From an uncultured Victivallales bacterium (GTDB lineage Bacteria > Verrucomicrobiota > Lentisphaeria > Victivallales > GWF2-38-69), in NCBI GenBank assembly GCA_964436735.1, contig CAYTFM010000002.1, positions 25,352 through 89,351 on the forward strand: a stretch of DNA of 64,000 bases, written 5' to 3'. A program made the translations under genes and the position numbers. Of this stretch, positions 52,480 through 62,126 are shown in pieces. The notes beneath the pieces were generated by a model that did no database searches, had not been told where the DNA came from, and saw only the letters and a list, made by a program, of their open reading frames with translations. Every line of letters begins with the position of its first letter. Position 1 is the first letter of the stretch.

Positions 52480-53970
52480 ATGACTGAGCGCAAAAAACCG
52501 TATCCCGGCGACATTCCTTCCGCGCCTGGCGTTTATGTTTTCCGCGACGCCTTTGGCGAGGTGATCTATGTTGGCAAGGCGAGCAACCTACGCCGCCGCG
52601 TCTCGCAGTATTCCCATCCGTCACGGCGGACACGCGCCGACCCCAAGTCCCGCTCGCTGATAAACTCCATCGACGGCTGGGAATTCCATGTGGTCCGCAG
52701 CGAGGCGGAGGCCCTTCTGCTCGAGTCGCGGCTGATCAAGGAGTATGCGCCTCACTACAACGTCCTCATGAGGGACGACAAGCGATTTCTGCTCGTCAAG
52801 ATCAATCCGGCGGACGCCTCTCCGAAGTTGTCGCTTGTCAGGATTCGCAAGAACGACGGGGCGAAATACTACGGGCCTTTCCCGCAGACCAGGGCCTTGA
52901 AGGAGACCGTCGAGTTCCTGACCCGCCACTTCCAGTTGCGCCCCTGTCGTTTCCCGTGTCCTGGTCCCGAAGAGCGTCGCCACTGCATGGACGCCAGGGT
53001 CAAATACTGTCCTGAGCCGTGCGTCGGGAAAATCACCCGGGAGGAGTATCTGGAACGCGTCCAGCGGCTTGCCGGCGTGTTTGAGGGGGACACGGGGGAG
53101 ATCGTCCAGAAGCTGACCGACGAGATGGCGGTGTTCTCCGCCAAAATGGACTTCGAGAAGGCGGCCCTGCGGCGGGACATGATCCAGAACATCGCCGAGA
53201 TCTTCGGCGCGCGGAACAGGACCTTCCGGTTCGCCTCGCTCTCCGTCGATGGCGGCGACGATGCGGTCGAGGATTTGCGGAAGGCTCTCGGTTTGGAGCG
53301 TCCTCCAACGGTCATCGAGTGTTTTGACGTGTCCACTCTTGGCGGACTGGCCGCGGTCGGCAGCCGCGTCTGTTTCTCCGGCGGCCGCCCCGATCGAAAG
53401 AACTATCGGCGCTTCAGGATCAAGACGGTCGTGGGGATTGACGACTTCGCCATGATGGAGGAGATCGTCCAAAGGAATTTCGCCCGGAAGCTCGCCGAGG
53501 GACAGGCACTGCCTGACCTTGTTCTGGTGGACGGGGGGAAGGGGCAGTTGGCGGCGGCCATCCGAGGCGTCGTGAAGGCCGGCGCGCCGCCGCTCCCGGT
53601 GGCCTCGCTCGCCAAGAGGAACGAGGAGCTGTTTATCCCGGGCAGAGATGAACCTATCCAGTTAGACGAGCATCGTCCGGCCTCGCGGCTGGTGCGGGCG
53701 ATCCGCGACGAGTCGCACCGCTTCGCCGTCGCCTACAACCGCGAGCTCCGCGACAAGCGGATCAGTGAGTCCGTGCTTGACGACATCCCCGGGGTCGGCG
53801 AGACGAGGAAGAAAGCACTGCTCAACGTGTTCGGCTCCGTCGCCGAGCTCCGTAAAACCTCCTCCGAGGAGATCGCCGAGGAGGTCCCCGGCATCGGCGA
53901 GGAGCTCGCCCGGCAGATTCTCCAGCATCTTTCCCGCCCTAGGCGCAGCAGTCCGCGCGCAAAGGACTGA
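52480..53970 (+). CDS. uvrC: Excinuclease ABC subunit C
   Basis: The GIY-YIG motif is PGVYVFRDAFGEVIYVGKASNLRRRVSQY. A UVR-domain segment (MDFEKAALRRDMIQNI) is present. IECFDVS...DDFAMMEEIV...LVLVDGGKGQL is present. The C-terminal (HhH)2 is IPGVGETRKKALL...VPGIGEELARQI. Confidence 0.9.
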   Translation: MTERKKPYPGDIPSAPGVYVFRDAFGEVIYVGKASNLRRRVSQYSHPSRRTRADPKSRSLINSIDGWEFHVVRSEAEALLLESRLIKEYAPHYNVLMRDDKRFLLVKINPADASPKLSLVRIRKNDGAKYYGPFPQTRALKETVEFLTRHFQLRPCRFPCPGPEERRHCMDARVKYCPEPCVGKITREEYLERVQRLAGVFEGDTGEIVQKLTDEMAVFSAKMDFEKAALRRDMIQNIAEIFGARNRTFRFASLSVDGGDDAVEDLRKALGLERPPTVIECFDVSTLGGLAAVGSRVCFSGGRPDRKNYRRFRIKTVVGIDDFAMMEEIVQRNFARKLAEGQALPDLVLVDGGKGQLAAAIRGVVKAGAPPLPVASLAKRNEELFIPGRDEPIQLDEHRPASRLVRAIRDESHRFAVAYNRELRDKRISESVLDDIPGVGETRKKALLNVFGSVAELRKTSSEEIAEEVPGIGEELARQILQHLSRPRRSSPRAKD

Positions 53971-54067
53971 ACACCGCCCGTGTGAACGTTTCCCGTGGTT
54001 TTTCTCACCTGGCCGGAGGCATGCCTGCGCAGGAATCTGCCGCCGCCAAGGCGGCGGACGGCGGGTG

Positions 54068-54096
54068 TTGACAAGCGTGACCGGATGTGTTATAAT
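54068..54096 (+). promoter_or_regulatory. Consensus sigma70-type promoter upstream of the LacI-family gene
   Basis: TTGACA is at 54068-54073, followed by a 17-nt spacer and TATAAT at 54091-54096. The promoter is followed by direct GTTATAT repeats at 54097-54103 and 54110-54116. Confidence 0.55.
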
Positions 54097-54127
54097 GTTA
54101 TATGGAAACGTTATATTAGGAAAGAAA

Positions 54128-55258
54128 ATGGCCATCGCCTCCTCCCGAATCTCGATCAAGGACGTCGCCGCCGCCGTCGGCGTCTCGATTGGCACCGTCA
54201 GTCGTGTCATCAACCACAAGCCCAACGTCGATCCGGAATGCGCCCGCAAGGTGAGAGAGGCGATCCAGTCGCTTGGTTTCACGCCGAATCCGATGGCGGC
54301 GAATCTTCCGCGCAAGACGGAATCCCTTGGCATGCGTTCATCTTTGTCCGCTCGGGGCGCGATAGGGTTCCTTTCCGTCAACACGAGTGGCGAGTTGTTC
54401 GCGAGGGATGACTTCAACGCGGGGTTTTTGTCGGGGAGCGAGATGGTGGCGGGGGAACGGGGGATGGATTTGCTGTTCGCCGCATGCGGCGAACAGATGC
54501 AGCGGTGTGAGATTCCGAGGATGGTGGCGAAAGGACTGGTCGACGGCGTGATCGTGAAGTCGGGCGGCTCTCTTCCGTCCGCATGGGTGGAGAGTCTGGC
54601 GGCGTTGACGCCGGTGGTGCTGCTGTCGTGCCGCCACGATACGCCGAAGGGATCGATCTCGTCGGTCATGAACGATAACGCCGGCGGAATCCGCAAGCTG
54701 ATGCGGCATCTGTTCGAGCTCGGTCATCGCAACGTCGGCTTTCTTTCCGTCAGGGATCTTCCTCTCAGTCCCAGTTTTGACCATGAGCAGCGGCATGCCG
54801 CCTTTCTCACTTCCGTCACGGAACTGGGATTGTCGGTCTCTCATTTGAATGTCCAGCTTCCTACTCGGGATTGGTCGACGCAAAGCTTGGACGAGGTTGT
54901 CGCCGGCGCGCTTGACGCGTGGCTCGCTCTTGGCGCGCGGCGGCCGACAGCGATATGCTGCGCCACCGACATCTATGCGATCACCTTGATGAGGGAGGCT
55001 CGAAAACGAGGTCTCAGCATTCCAGCCGACTTGAGCGTCACGGGGTTCATGGACTCGACGGACGCCAAACTCTGCGAACCGCCGCTGACGACCGCGGCGG
55101 TGCTCAGTAGCGAGCATGGCAAGGCCGCCACCTCGTTGCTGCTTGACATCATCGGCGCATCCAGTGGAACATCGCGGCATGTGCTGGTGGACTGTCCCTT
55201 GATGCTCCGTCAGTCATGCGATAAGCCTAAAGATACTCACAGGAGGAAGACGCGATGA
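54128..55258 (+). CDS. LacI-family transcriptional regulator
   Basis: ISIKDVAAAVGVSIGTVSRVINHKPNVDPECARKVREAIQSLGFTPNPMA is the LacI HTH. The C-terminal PBP domain is CCATDIYAITLMREARKRGLSIPADLSVTGF. I reject the upstream 121 codons of the ORF. Confidence 0.88.
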   Translation: MAIASSRISIKDVAAAVGVSIGTVSRVINHKPNVDPECARKVREAIQSLGFTPNPMAANLPRKTESLGMRSSLSARGAIGFLSVNTSGELFARDDFNAGFLSGSEMVAGERGMDLLFAACGEQMQRCEIPRMVAKGLVDGVIVKSGGSLPSAWVESLAALTPVVLLSCRHDTPKGSISSVMNDNAGGIRKLMRHLFELGHRNVGFLSVRDLPLSPSFDHEQRHAAFLTSVTELGLSVSHLNVQLPTRDWSTQSLDEVVAGALDAWLALGARRPTAICCATDIYAITLMREARKRGLSIPADLSVTGFMDSTDAKLCEPPLTTAAVLSSEHGKAATSLLLDIIGASSGTSRHVLVDCPLMLRQSCDKPKDTHRRKTR

Positions 55259-55268
55259 GGAAGTTCCT

Positions 55269-58241
55269 ATGAAACTAACCACCACAAGACCTAAGCGCGC
55301 CCACGGGAGCGCGGCGAAGCCGAACGCTCTCCGCGCCTTTCCGGGATGCCACAGGTTTCTTTCATGGTTGAACATCTCCTCGGCGGAAGTGGGCGCGCTG
55401 AACAGACTTGTGGGATGTTGTTCACGATGGCTCAGTCTTTCGGGACTCGCCTTCTTTGCCGTATGCGGCATCACGATACAGGGAGATGACATGAGAAATG
55501 AAGCCAGTCTTACAAAGGAAGTCGTGCTTGGTCCATTCGCACCGCAGCCGTCTTTTACGATATATGTGGTCGCCGACGGTGGCGCTGGTTCCGCCAAGGT
55601 GGCCATCCGCCGCGGAGCCCGTCCAGATGGTGACCGTCTGATGGTCCGCGCCTTCGGTCCCGACGAGCGACTAAGTTTCTGGGAATATGCGGAGCTGGGG
55701 ACGCCCCAGGCGCAGACTCCCGGGGACGTGGAGATCAACAATATCCCGCTGTTTGTGCCAGTGAAGCCAGTCCCCGGCGATCTGCTCGCCGAGTTCGAGA
55801 TTCCTCTCATTGGGAATGGAGTCAACCAGATTCGTGTCACCGCCGGAGCGTGCAACAGCCTTGTCTCCATAACCTTGCCAAGGGCGATGCCGTATGGCGT
55901 CTCTTTCCAGAACGGGACATTTTCCGCATGGGAGGGGCAGCCTGCGGAACTGTACGCCTTCGTCCCGCCGCATGCCGAGGAGTTGTGCGTGAGCAAGGGG
56001 CCGCTGCGAGTTGCGGACGAGGGGGGAGCGGAGCTTCTCTCGATGGTTGACGACAAATCGGCGCAACCGGGAAAAATCGTCATCGGGAAGGCGAAAAGTA
56101 TGTGGAAGTTCATTTTCCCGGAGCCTGCAAAATGGAGTTTTCGAGCCTATGGCTTCCCACTGATCCTATGCCCGACACCCGATGCGGCGCGGACCATCCA
56201 TGCATCCGTGGAGGAGTTGCCCGACGGAACGGTGGTATGCCACAAATTCCAGCGCTGGATCGCCGATCTATTACCGAAGCATTTGGCACAGGAGAACGTG
56301 GGATTGGCTGAAGAGTTGATTGTGCCGGTGAGCTCGCGCCAAGAGGAATGGCTAAAGAACCCTCTGCGCACCAGTATACTGCTTAGCCCGTACAGCGCGT
56401 TCAGCGCGGTGGAGCAGGCCTTGCGCAATCAGAATGTCGAACCAACGAGTCATTGGGGCGGAGCGACGGGAAGCGTTGTCGGAGGTGGAACCGGTGGCTG
56501 GATCGCCATGGAGAAACTTGCGCCGCCCGAGAACCGCTGGGATCGGTATAAAACCATTCCTGGCTTGTATGCCGGAGCCTCGCCGCAAAGCATGGACTCG
56601 GAGGCGCTGGCGATAGCCGCGACGCTTGATGCGCCGTGTAATCCGTATTTCGGCAAAAAGGAGATCTTGAACCGGGCCGCGGCGGCGGCATTGCGCGACT
56701 TGATGGCGCTGGGAGAGGACGAGGTCTGGCGGGGCGGCGGAGCGGATTCGGATCCCTATCCGGGATTCATGGGCTTCCAACTCGGACAGAAGACGCTGCC
56801 GGCGTATGCGCTGGTGGCGCCACGCCTGCCTCCCGAGATTCGGGATCTGTGGACCGAGGGACTGCGTCACATCATTGACAGATCCTACCCCGACGGCCTC
56901 GTCTCCTGCCGCAACCAGTCATCGCACTATCTTGTGGTCTACCAGGATTTCGCCGAGGGATCAGGCGATCAGCGGTATGCGGAGCTTGCGAAGGCTTACG
57001 CCGACAGGTTCATCCAGGGTCTGCATCCCGCGGGGTTCGCGGTGGAGTCGCAGGGCCCGGACGGCACGTACAACGGTATGACTCACTGGCATATGGCCGT
57101 CTATGCGCGGAAGTCGAACAATCCGCGCATGATTGAAGCGTTGAAAAAATCATACAATTTATTCCATCACACTGTTGCTCCCGAGCCGGATGGAAGCATG
57201 CTTGGCGCGTCGAACTATGGACATCGCACAGCGGGCTCGTTTGTCCAGGAGCAGTGGGGCGGGGGGCGGGGCATTCTCGATGGAGTGTTGCCGGAGGTGG
57301 CGTTGTGGGCTCTTAAGATGTCAGACGAGCAGAAGTCGAAGGTGGAGAAGGAAACCGCAAGCAGCCTGTCCCGTAATCTTGACGCCCCGCGCAAGCCCGA
57401 GTCTCCTGGCGCGTCGTATCCTCGATACCTCTACTTCGAGGAGCCGAAGGGCGGCGCGGCGTGGCCGGCGACAGAGGGGAAATCGTTCACGAGGAATCTG
57501 GGAGGTGAACTCATCGCCGTCAAGCGTCCCGCTTACTACACCGCCGTGTATGTGGGCAAGCCTGCTCCCGACAAGCACTACATTAGCGGGAAGGAGAATT
57601 TCCGCCTTCCTTATCCGGATGATGCGGAGAGCAAAAGCGGGGAAGTCAACGCCCGCAAAGTCACACCCTATCTTGGGGGCGGTCTTTCCTTGTTTTGGAC
57701 GCCGTCCTACGGCAGTTCCATCCTGGCGATGAACTGGGCGCCGACCGCGCATCACGGTCTGATCGCCACGCAGGCGGATGGCAAACGGTATTGGGAGGAT
57801 TATTTTTCCTCGAGCTATAAACTGAGTGCGGACAATTCGGAACTGGTGGTGACAGGGCGGATCGAGAACCAGCCTGTGTCGTATGTCCGCCGGTATACAT
57901 TCCTCGACGACAGAATCGAGGTCTCCGTCACCTTGACGCCGGAAAAGAACGTCTCCTTTGCCAGCCTTGTCGAGAACATCCCTGTTGTTCTTGGGGCTTG
58001 CAAGAAGAGCGGGCCTATTATCGTCGCGGCATCGGAGAAGACCCCAGAGGCGGTGGAAGTCAAAGACTCCCGCGGCGGCGGGGTCGATATCATGTTGGAC
58101 GCCGTTCTTCCCTTTCGCATTCAGAAGGATGGCTTGAAGTACGGAGACATACAGATTGGTAGAATCGAGATCCCACTCCCTGGCGAGCTTGCGCAAGGGC
58201 GGCCCGTGTCGTTCTCATACAAGCTCATACCGCGTTTATAG
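55269..58241 (+). CDS. Large (990 aa) protein of unknown family, possibly a secreted glycan-active enzyme
   Basis: The ORF is uninterrupted and starts 7 nt after a GAGGAAG SD. A hydrophobic segment (LSLSGLAFFAVCGITI) lies near the N-terminus. The central region (YPDGLVSCRNQSSHYLVVYQDF...GPDGTYNGMTHWHMAVYA) vaguely recalls alpha/alpha-toroid lyases or hydrolases. I see no firm match. Confidence 0.6.
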   Translation: MKLTTTRPKRAHGSAAKPNALRAFPGCHRFLSWLNISSAEVGALNRLVGCCSRWLSLSGLAFFAVCGITIQGDDMRNEASLTKEVVLGPFAPQPSFTIYVVADGGAGSAKVAIRRGARPDGDRLMVRAFGPDERLSFWEYAELGTPQAQTPGDVEINNIPLFVPVKPVPGDLLAEFEIPLIGNGVNQIRVTAGACNSLVSITLPRAMPYGVSFQNGTFSAWEGQPAELYAFVPPHAEELCVSKGPLRVADEGGAELLSMVDDKSAQPGKIVIGKAKSMWKFIFPEPAKWSFRAYGFPLILCPTPDAARTIHASVEELPDGTVVCHKFQRWIADLLPKHLAQENVGLAEELIVPVSSRQEEWLKNPLRTSILLSPYSAFSAVEQALRNQNVEPTSHWGGATGSVVGGGTGGWIAMEKLAPPENRWDRYKTIPGLYAGASPQSMDSEALAIAATLDAPCNPYFGKKEILNRAAAAALRDLMALGEDEVWRGGGADSDPYPGFMGFQLGQKTLPAYALVAPRLPPEIRDLWTEGLRHIIDRSYPDGLVSCRNQSSHYLVVYQDFAEGSGDQRYAELAKAYADRFIQGLHPAGFAVESQGPDGTYNGMTHWHMAVYARKSNNPRMIEALKKSYNLFHHTVAPEPDGSMLGASNYGHRTAGSFVQEQWGGGRGILDGVLPEVALWALKMSDEQKSKVEKETASSLSRNLDAPRKPESPGASYPRYLYFEEPKGGAAWPATEGKSFTRNLGGELIAVKRPAYYTAVYVGKPAPDKHYISGKENFRLPYPDDAESKSGEVNARKVTPYLGGGLSLFWTPSYGSSILAMNWAPTAHHGLIATQADGKRYWEDYFSSSYKLSADNSELVVTGRIENQPVSYVRRYTFLDDRIEVSVTLTPEKNVSFASLVENIPVVLGACKKSGPIIVAASEKTPEAVEVKDSRGGGVDIMLDAVLPFRIQKDGLKYGDIQIGRIEIPLPGELAQGRPVSFSYKLIPRL

Positions 58242-58288
58242 GTATATACATATCATGAACTTTAACGATTGATGGAGGGAGCAAGCGC

Positions 58289-59017
58289 ATGCGTACCAAC
58301 TTATCGTTTGAACGGCGGAGTATAGTAATTAATAATAATTCTATTAGCGTGAAGGTGACAACCTTCCCGCTGATAGAATTATTAGTGGTGATCGCCATCA
58401 TCGCCATCCTCGCCGCTCTTCTTCTTCCCGCGCTGAACAACGCCAAGTCGACCGCCAAGCAGGCGCTTTGTCAGTCGAACATGCGGCAGGATTACACGGC
58501 GATGATCAACTACGCTGACGACTACGGCGGTTGTATCCCGCCATCCGGCATCCAGCTCACGGGGACGGAGATCATCTACTGGACCGATCTGTTGAAGCCG
58601 TACCTGGGCGACAGGACGCCTGAGTTGGGAAAAGACCCGCTGGCTTGGTTTCACAACTGGGGCCCTGTCCCCAAAGTACTGACGTGCCCCTGCGAGGAGG
58701 ATGTGACCAATGTATGGAACGGCATCGGGCTCAACAATTATGCGATCACCACCAGCCTGTGGCCGACCAACTGGGTGCGCGTGAGCCGCATCCGCCAGCC
58801 GTCGGGGTTGATCATGTTCGCCGACGCCTTCTACATACATCCTCCCGACAACACGGAGATGGGAGGTAGTAGCCTAAATGGCGGCGACAGAGTTAGTTGG
58901 CGGCATGCGGGGAAGTCCAACTTCCTCTACTGCGATGGACATCAGGAGCCCTCTCCCTACCGGACATTCGAATGGGTCAAATATCCGATGTACGAATGGC
59001 CGCTGCCGTCGCAGTGA
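58289..59017 (+). CDS. Prepilin-type N-terminal cleavage/methylation domain protein, DUF1559 (H-X9-DG) family
   Basis: [28 protein letters not shown] is a type IV pilin-like leader and helix. The C-terminus [15 protein letters not shown] carries H-X9-DG. Confidence 0.85.
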   Translation: MRTNLSFERRSIVINNNSISVKVTTFPLIELLVVIAIIAILAALLLPALNNAKSTAKQALCQSNMRQDYTAMINYADDYGGCIPPSGIQLTGTEIIYWTDLLKPYLGDRTPELGKDPLAWFHNWGPVPKVLTCPCEEDVTNVWNGIGLNNYAITTSLWPTNWVRVSRIRQPSGLIMFADAFYIHPPDNTEMGGSSLNGGDRVSWRHAGKSNFLYCDGHQEPSPYRTFEWVKYPMYEWPLPSQ

Positions 59018-59080
59018 GAGGCGTAAAACAAAAAACGTAAAGCGTAAAACATAACGTCATGAAGACATGAGGGCGAAACT

Positions 59081-62077
59081 ATGAGGTGGAAACTGTTGGC
59101 CGTGTTGGCGGTGTCAATGTTGTCGGGAAGCGCATGGTCGGAGGAGGTAGGGAAGGCACTGCCCACGTCGCGGATCACGCTCGTCGGCGATACCAACCGT
59201 CCCGAGATGAGCTTCTACGTTCTCGGCGAACCGGTGAAGCTGCGTTTCACGGTCGACGGTCTTGATCCGAAGGACAAGGATGTGGTGCTCAATGTCCGCG
59301 TCGTCGACGCCAAAGGCTTTGAGATCGACCGCCGCGCGCTGCAGGTGTCGAGTGAGAAGCCGAAATGGGAGATTGAGTTGGACGCCCCGGTGATCGGTCT
59401 CGGCTACTATCGTGTGCACGCGGACTTGTCGAATGGCGTGACGCTCCCGCAGTTCGGCAATCGTTGGGCGGGCTTCCTCACCTATGCAGTCGTCCCTGAT
59501 CCTGCCACGAGGAAGGTCTTTCCCATCGGACAGACCTACTTTGGCATGCAGGGCGGCTTCAATCAGAACGTCAACGCATTGCCATATCTTGGCGTCCGCT
59601 GGGTGATGGACGGGCAGTTCGGGTGGTCGAGGGTGGAGCCCGATCGGGCAGGGCAGATCACCGAGAAGCTTGCCACCGGCGTGAAGGAGAAATTTCCGGT
59701 CCGCGATGACGAGTCATGGAAGTGGTGCCGCGTTCCCGGAAAGGACGGAGGAACTCCCTGGACGGTCTACACATTCGCATGCGGTATTGTTTCGCCCGCG
59801 CCGAAATGGGCACAGGTTGATCCGGCGCGCTTTCCGCGGCAGGGGCCGTTGTCCGCCGAGGGAGAGAAGGCCTTCCGCGAATATTGCCTTGCCATCGGCA
59901 AGGCGTACGCCGCGCTCTATCCAGAACGTGAACGGCACTGCTTCGAAATCACGTGGGAACCCTGTGTTCCGTGGAATTTTAAAGGGACAATCGACGACGT
60001 CGTGAAGATATATGAGATCGCGTATCCCGCGTTGCACGAGGCCGATCCGAAGGCGTTTGTGATCGGCCCTTGCGCCGCGGGAATTGGTCCCGGTGGCCTT
60101 CAGGAGTTGGAGGAGCATCTGAAGAGGGGCATCGGGAAATATCTCGACGGCTACTCGGTGCATCCCTACCATGCGCAACCCTGCGAGAGCGAGGGGATCG
60201 TCACGCATCTGCGCGCCACGAAGGAGTTGCTGCGCAAGTATGTCGGCAAGGATATTCCGATGTTCGGCACCGAGATGGGGTACTCGCACTGGGGAAGCCC
60301 GGGCTTCGACCTTGAGCACGCCCAGCGGCTTACGCGGGAGAACTTGATCATGTTCGGCGAAGGCTTCCAATTCAACATGGCCTTTTATTTCCATGACATG
60401 GGGACCTCGGTTTTCTCGCATGACAGCGGTTATGGCTTCGTCCATAACCTGATACCTGGGTCGCCGTTTGGTCCAGGCAAAGTGAGTCCGAAACCGGCAG
60501 CGGCGGCGCATGCGGCGATGAGTTGGCTGCTTGAAGGCCACCAGTCCGCTGGCGCCATCGAGTGGCTTGGCGACACTGCCTGGGGGTATGCCTACGAGAA
60601 CAGTGATGATGTCGTGCTGGCGCTGTGGGATTTTGGCGACCAGCCGCGGCAAGTGTCGATTCCCGTCGGGACGGCAGAGGTCGAGTTATTCGACTGGATG
60701 GGCAACGGTTCGAAAGTCAACGCCTCCGAAGGCAGCCTCGCGGTCACGCTCTGTCAGGATCCTTTGTATATCCGTGGCGTTTCGCGGGAGCTGTGGAGCA
60801 GGAACGCCGTCAAGCCGATCACGATAACGGGTGGGCGGCTTGCGGGCTTCCCGGGGGCGGAGACGACGCTCGCGGGGACGTTGCGCTGTCCCTCCGCCGA
60901 TAAGCCGTTCGAGGGCACGCTGGTCATGGAGCCCGACCAGAAGTCGGGTATCCGCAAAGCGTCGAAACCTGTCACACTGGAGGGAGGAAAGACCATTCCC
61001 CTCTCATACGTTCTTGCCGTTCCGCCAGACACCGGACGCGGTTCCTATTCGGTGAAACTGGTACTCGAGGACAAGACTGGTCGAAGTGTCGCTGCCGCGG
61101 GCGTGCGGCTTGAGGTCGAGCCGCCAGTCGCCGTGGAGCGCATCGCTCCGGTCGTCAAGCCGAATGGCGTGAAAGGTTTTGCCGTCACGCTGAAAGATTC
61201 GCAGGGCAAGGGTCTTGAAGGGGACATCAAAGCGCGGATCGAGCGGGTTCCCGAGTCCGAGCTTTCGACTGCGTTCTCTTTGGGCAAGAACGATACGAAA
61301 ACGTTCACGGTGGAGTACAAGGATCTCGCGGTCTCTCCCATTGCCTCCTATGACGCCATCGTAAGCCTTGCCCTGAAGAACGGCTATTCCTTCTCCGAGA
61401 AGGCAAGGGTCAATTTCCTCGCCGCAACGAAGCTTGCGAGCTCGCCGGACATGAACGGCGATCTTGCGAAATGGAAAGACATTTCGCCTGTCGAGCTCAA
61501 GGGACTCGACAATGTGGTCCGTTCTCCGAAATACTATTCTGGCGAGAAAGCGGACGTCAGGTTCGCCTGGGATGCCAAGGCGCTGTACTTCGCCGTCGAG
61601 GCCGAGGACAAGGCGCACGTCCAACCTCACACTGGCAACATGGTCTGGCAGGGCGACTGCCTTCAGTTCGGCTTCAACATCGACCACGGCAAGAAGTTCG
61701 AGCTGAGTGGCAATGGCCTTGCCGACATGTCTCAGCGGGCTCGCTCCAGCGAAGTCGCCTTCGCCCTCACCAAAGAGGGGCCACAGGTCTACCGTCATAT
61801 GACATACGACCCCGAGAAGCTCAAGGAGGGGCTTGTGGCTAAGGAATCCATACAGCTCGCCGCCTCATGGAAGGATGGCAGGCTTGTCTACGAGGCGGCT
61901 ATTCCGTGGAAGGAGTTGGGATTCGATGCTCCGCCCAAGGAGGGAGATGTCATCGGAATATCATTGAGCATCAACGATTCCGACGATCCGGCCCAGCCCG
62001 ATCCGACGGCTCTTGGCATATTCGACCTCAAGAAGGTCGACCGCTTCGGCATGCTGACCCTCGGCGGCGCGCGGTGA
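59081..62077 (+). CDS. Secreted multidomain glycoside hydrolase-like protein (clan GH-A TIM barrel plus Ig-like repeats plus C-terminal CBM9-like domain)
   Basis: The signal peptide is MRWKLLAVLAVSMLSGSAWS. The acid/base-like motif is FEITWEPCVPWN. The nucleophile-like motif is MFGTEMGY. The C-terminus DVRFAWDAKALYFAVEAEDKAHV...WQGDCLQFGFN is CBM9/DOMON-like. Confidence 0.65.
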   Translation: MRWKLLAVLAVSMLSGSAWSEEVGKALPTSRITLVGDTNRPEMSFYVLGEPVKLRFTVDGLDPKDKDVVLNVRVVDAKGFEIDRRALQVSSEKPKWEIELDAPVIGLGYYRVHADLSNGVTLPQFGNRWAGFLTYAVVPDPATRKVFPIGQTYFGMQGGFNQNVNALPYLGVRWVMDGQFGWSRVEPDRAGQITEKLATGVKEKFPVRDDESWKWCRVPGKDGGTPWTVYTFACGIVSPAPKWAQVDPARFPRQGPLSAEGEKAFREYCLAIGKAYAALYPERERHCFEITWEPCVPWNFKGTIDDVVKIYEIAYPALHEADPKAFVIGPCAAGIGPGGLQELEEHLKRGIGKYLDGYSVHPYHAQPCESEGIVTHLRATKELLRKYVGKDIPMFGTEMGYSHWGSPGFDLEHAQRLTRENLIMFGEGFQFNMAFYFHDMGTSVFSHDSGYGFVHNLIPGSPFGPGKVSPKPAAAAHAAMSWLLEGHQSAGAIEWLGDTAWGYAYENSDDVVLALWDFGDQPRQVSIPVGTAEVELFDWMGNGSKVNASEGSLAVTLCQDPLYIRGVSRELWSRNAVKPITITGGRLAGFPGAETTLAGTLRCPSADKPFEGTLVMEPDQKSGIRKASKPVTLEGGKTIPLSYVLAVPPDTGRGSYSVKLVLEDKTGRSVAAAGVRLEVEPPVAVERIAPVVKPNGVKGFAVTLKDSQGKGLEGDIKARIERVPESELSTAFSLGKNDTKTFTVEYKDLAVSPIASYDAIVSLALKNGYSFSEKARVNFLAATKLASSPDMNGDLAKWKDISPVELKGLDNVVRSPKYYSGEKADVRFAWDAKALYFAVEAEDKAHVQPHTGNMVWQGDCLQFGFNIDHGKKFELSGNGLADMSQRARSSEVAFALTKEGPQVYRHMTYDPEKLKEGLVAKESIQLAASWKDGRLVYEAAIPWKELGFDAPPKEGDVIGISLSINDSDDPAQPDPTALGIFDLKKVDRFGMLTLGGAR

Positions 62078-62095
62078 AAGAAAGTAAGATGAATA

Positions 62096-62123
62096 GTCAG
62101 TGGTCATTAGTCATTAGTCATTG
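62096..62123. repeat. Four tandem heptamers GTCAGTG-GTCATTA-GTCATTA-GTCATTG ending 3 nt upstream of the start codon
   Basis: I read these directly at 62096-62123. The ATG of the next gene is at 62127. The core GTCATT is the same as in the 585-649 repeat. Confidence 0.7.
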
Positions 62124-62126
62124 TCT

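Noticed and set aside
52480-53970. UvrC is shorter (496 aa) than the roughly 600 aa typical for the family, so it might be truncated.
   Set aside because: All expected modules are present in order: GIY-YIG, the Cys-rich segment, the UVR domain, the RNase H-like endonuclease region and the C-terminal (HhH)2. It is therefore a compact but complete gene.
54040-54057. CCGCCGCC-AA-GGCGGCGG palindrome downstream of uvrC as an intrinsic terminator.
   Set aside because: The 2-nt loop is too short for an RNA hairpin and no U-tract follows. It is probably coincidental GC-rich symmetry.
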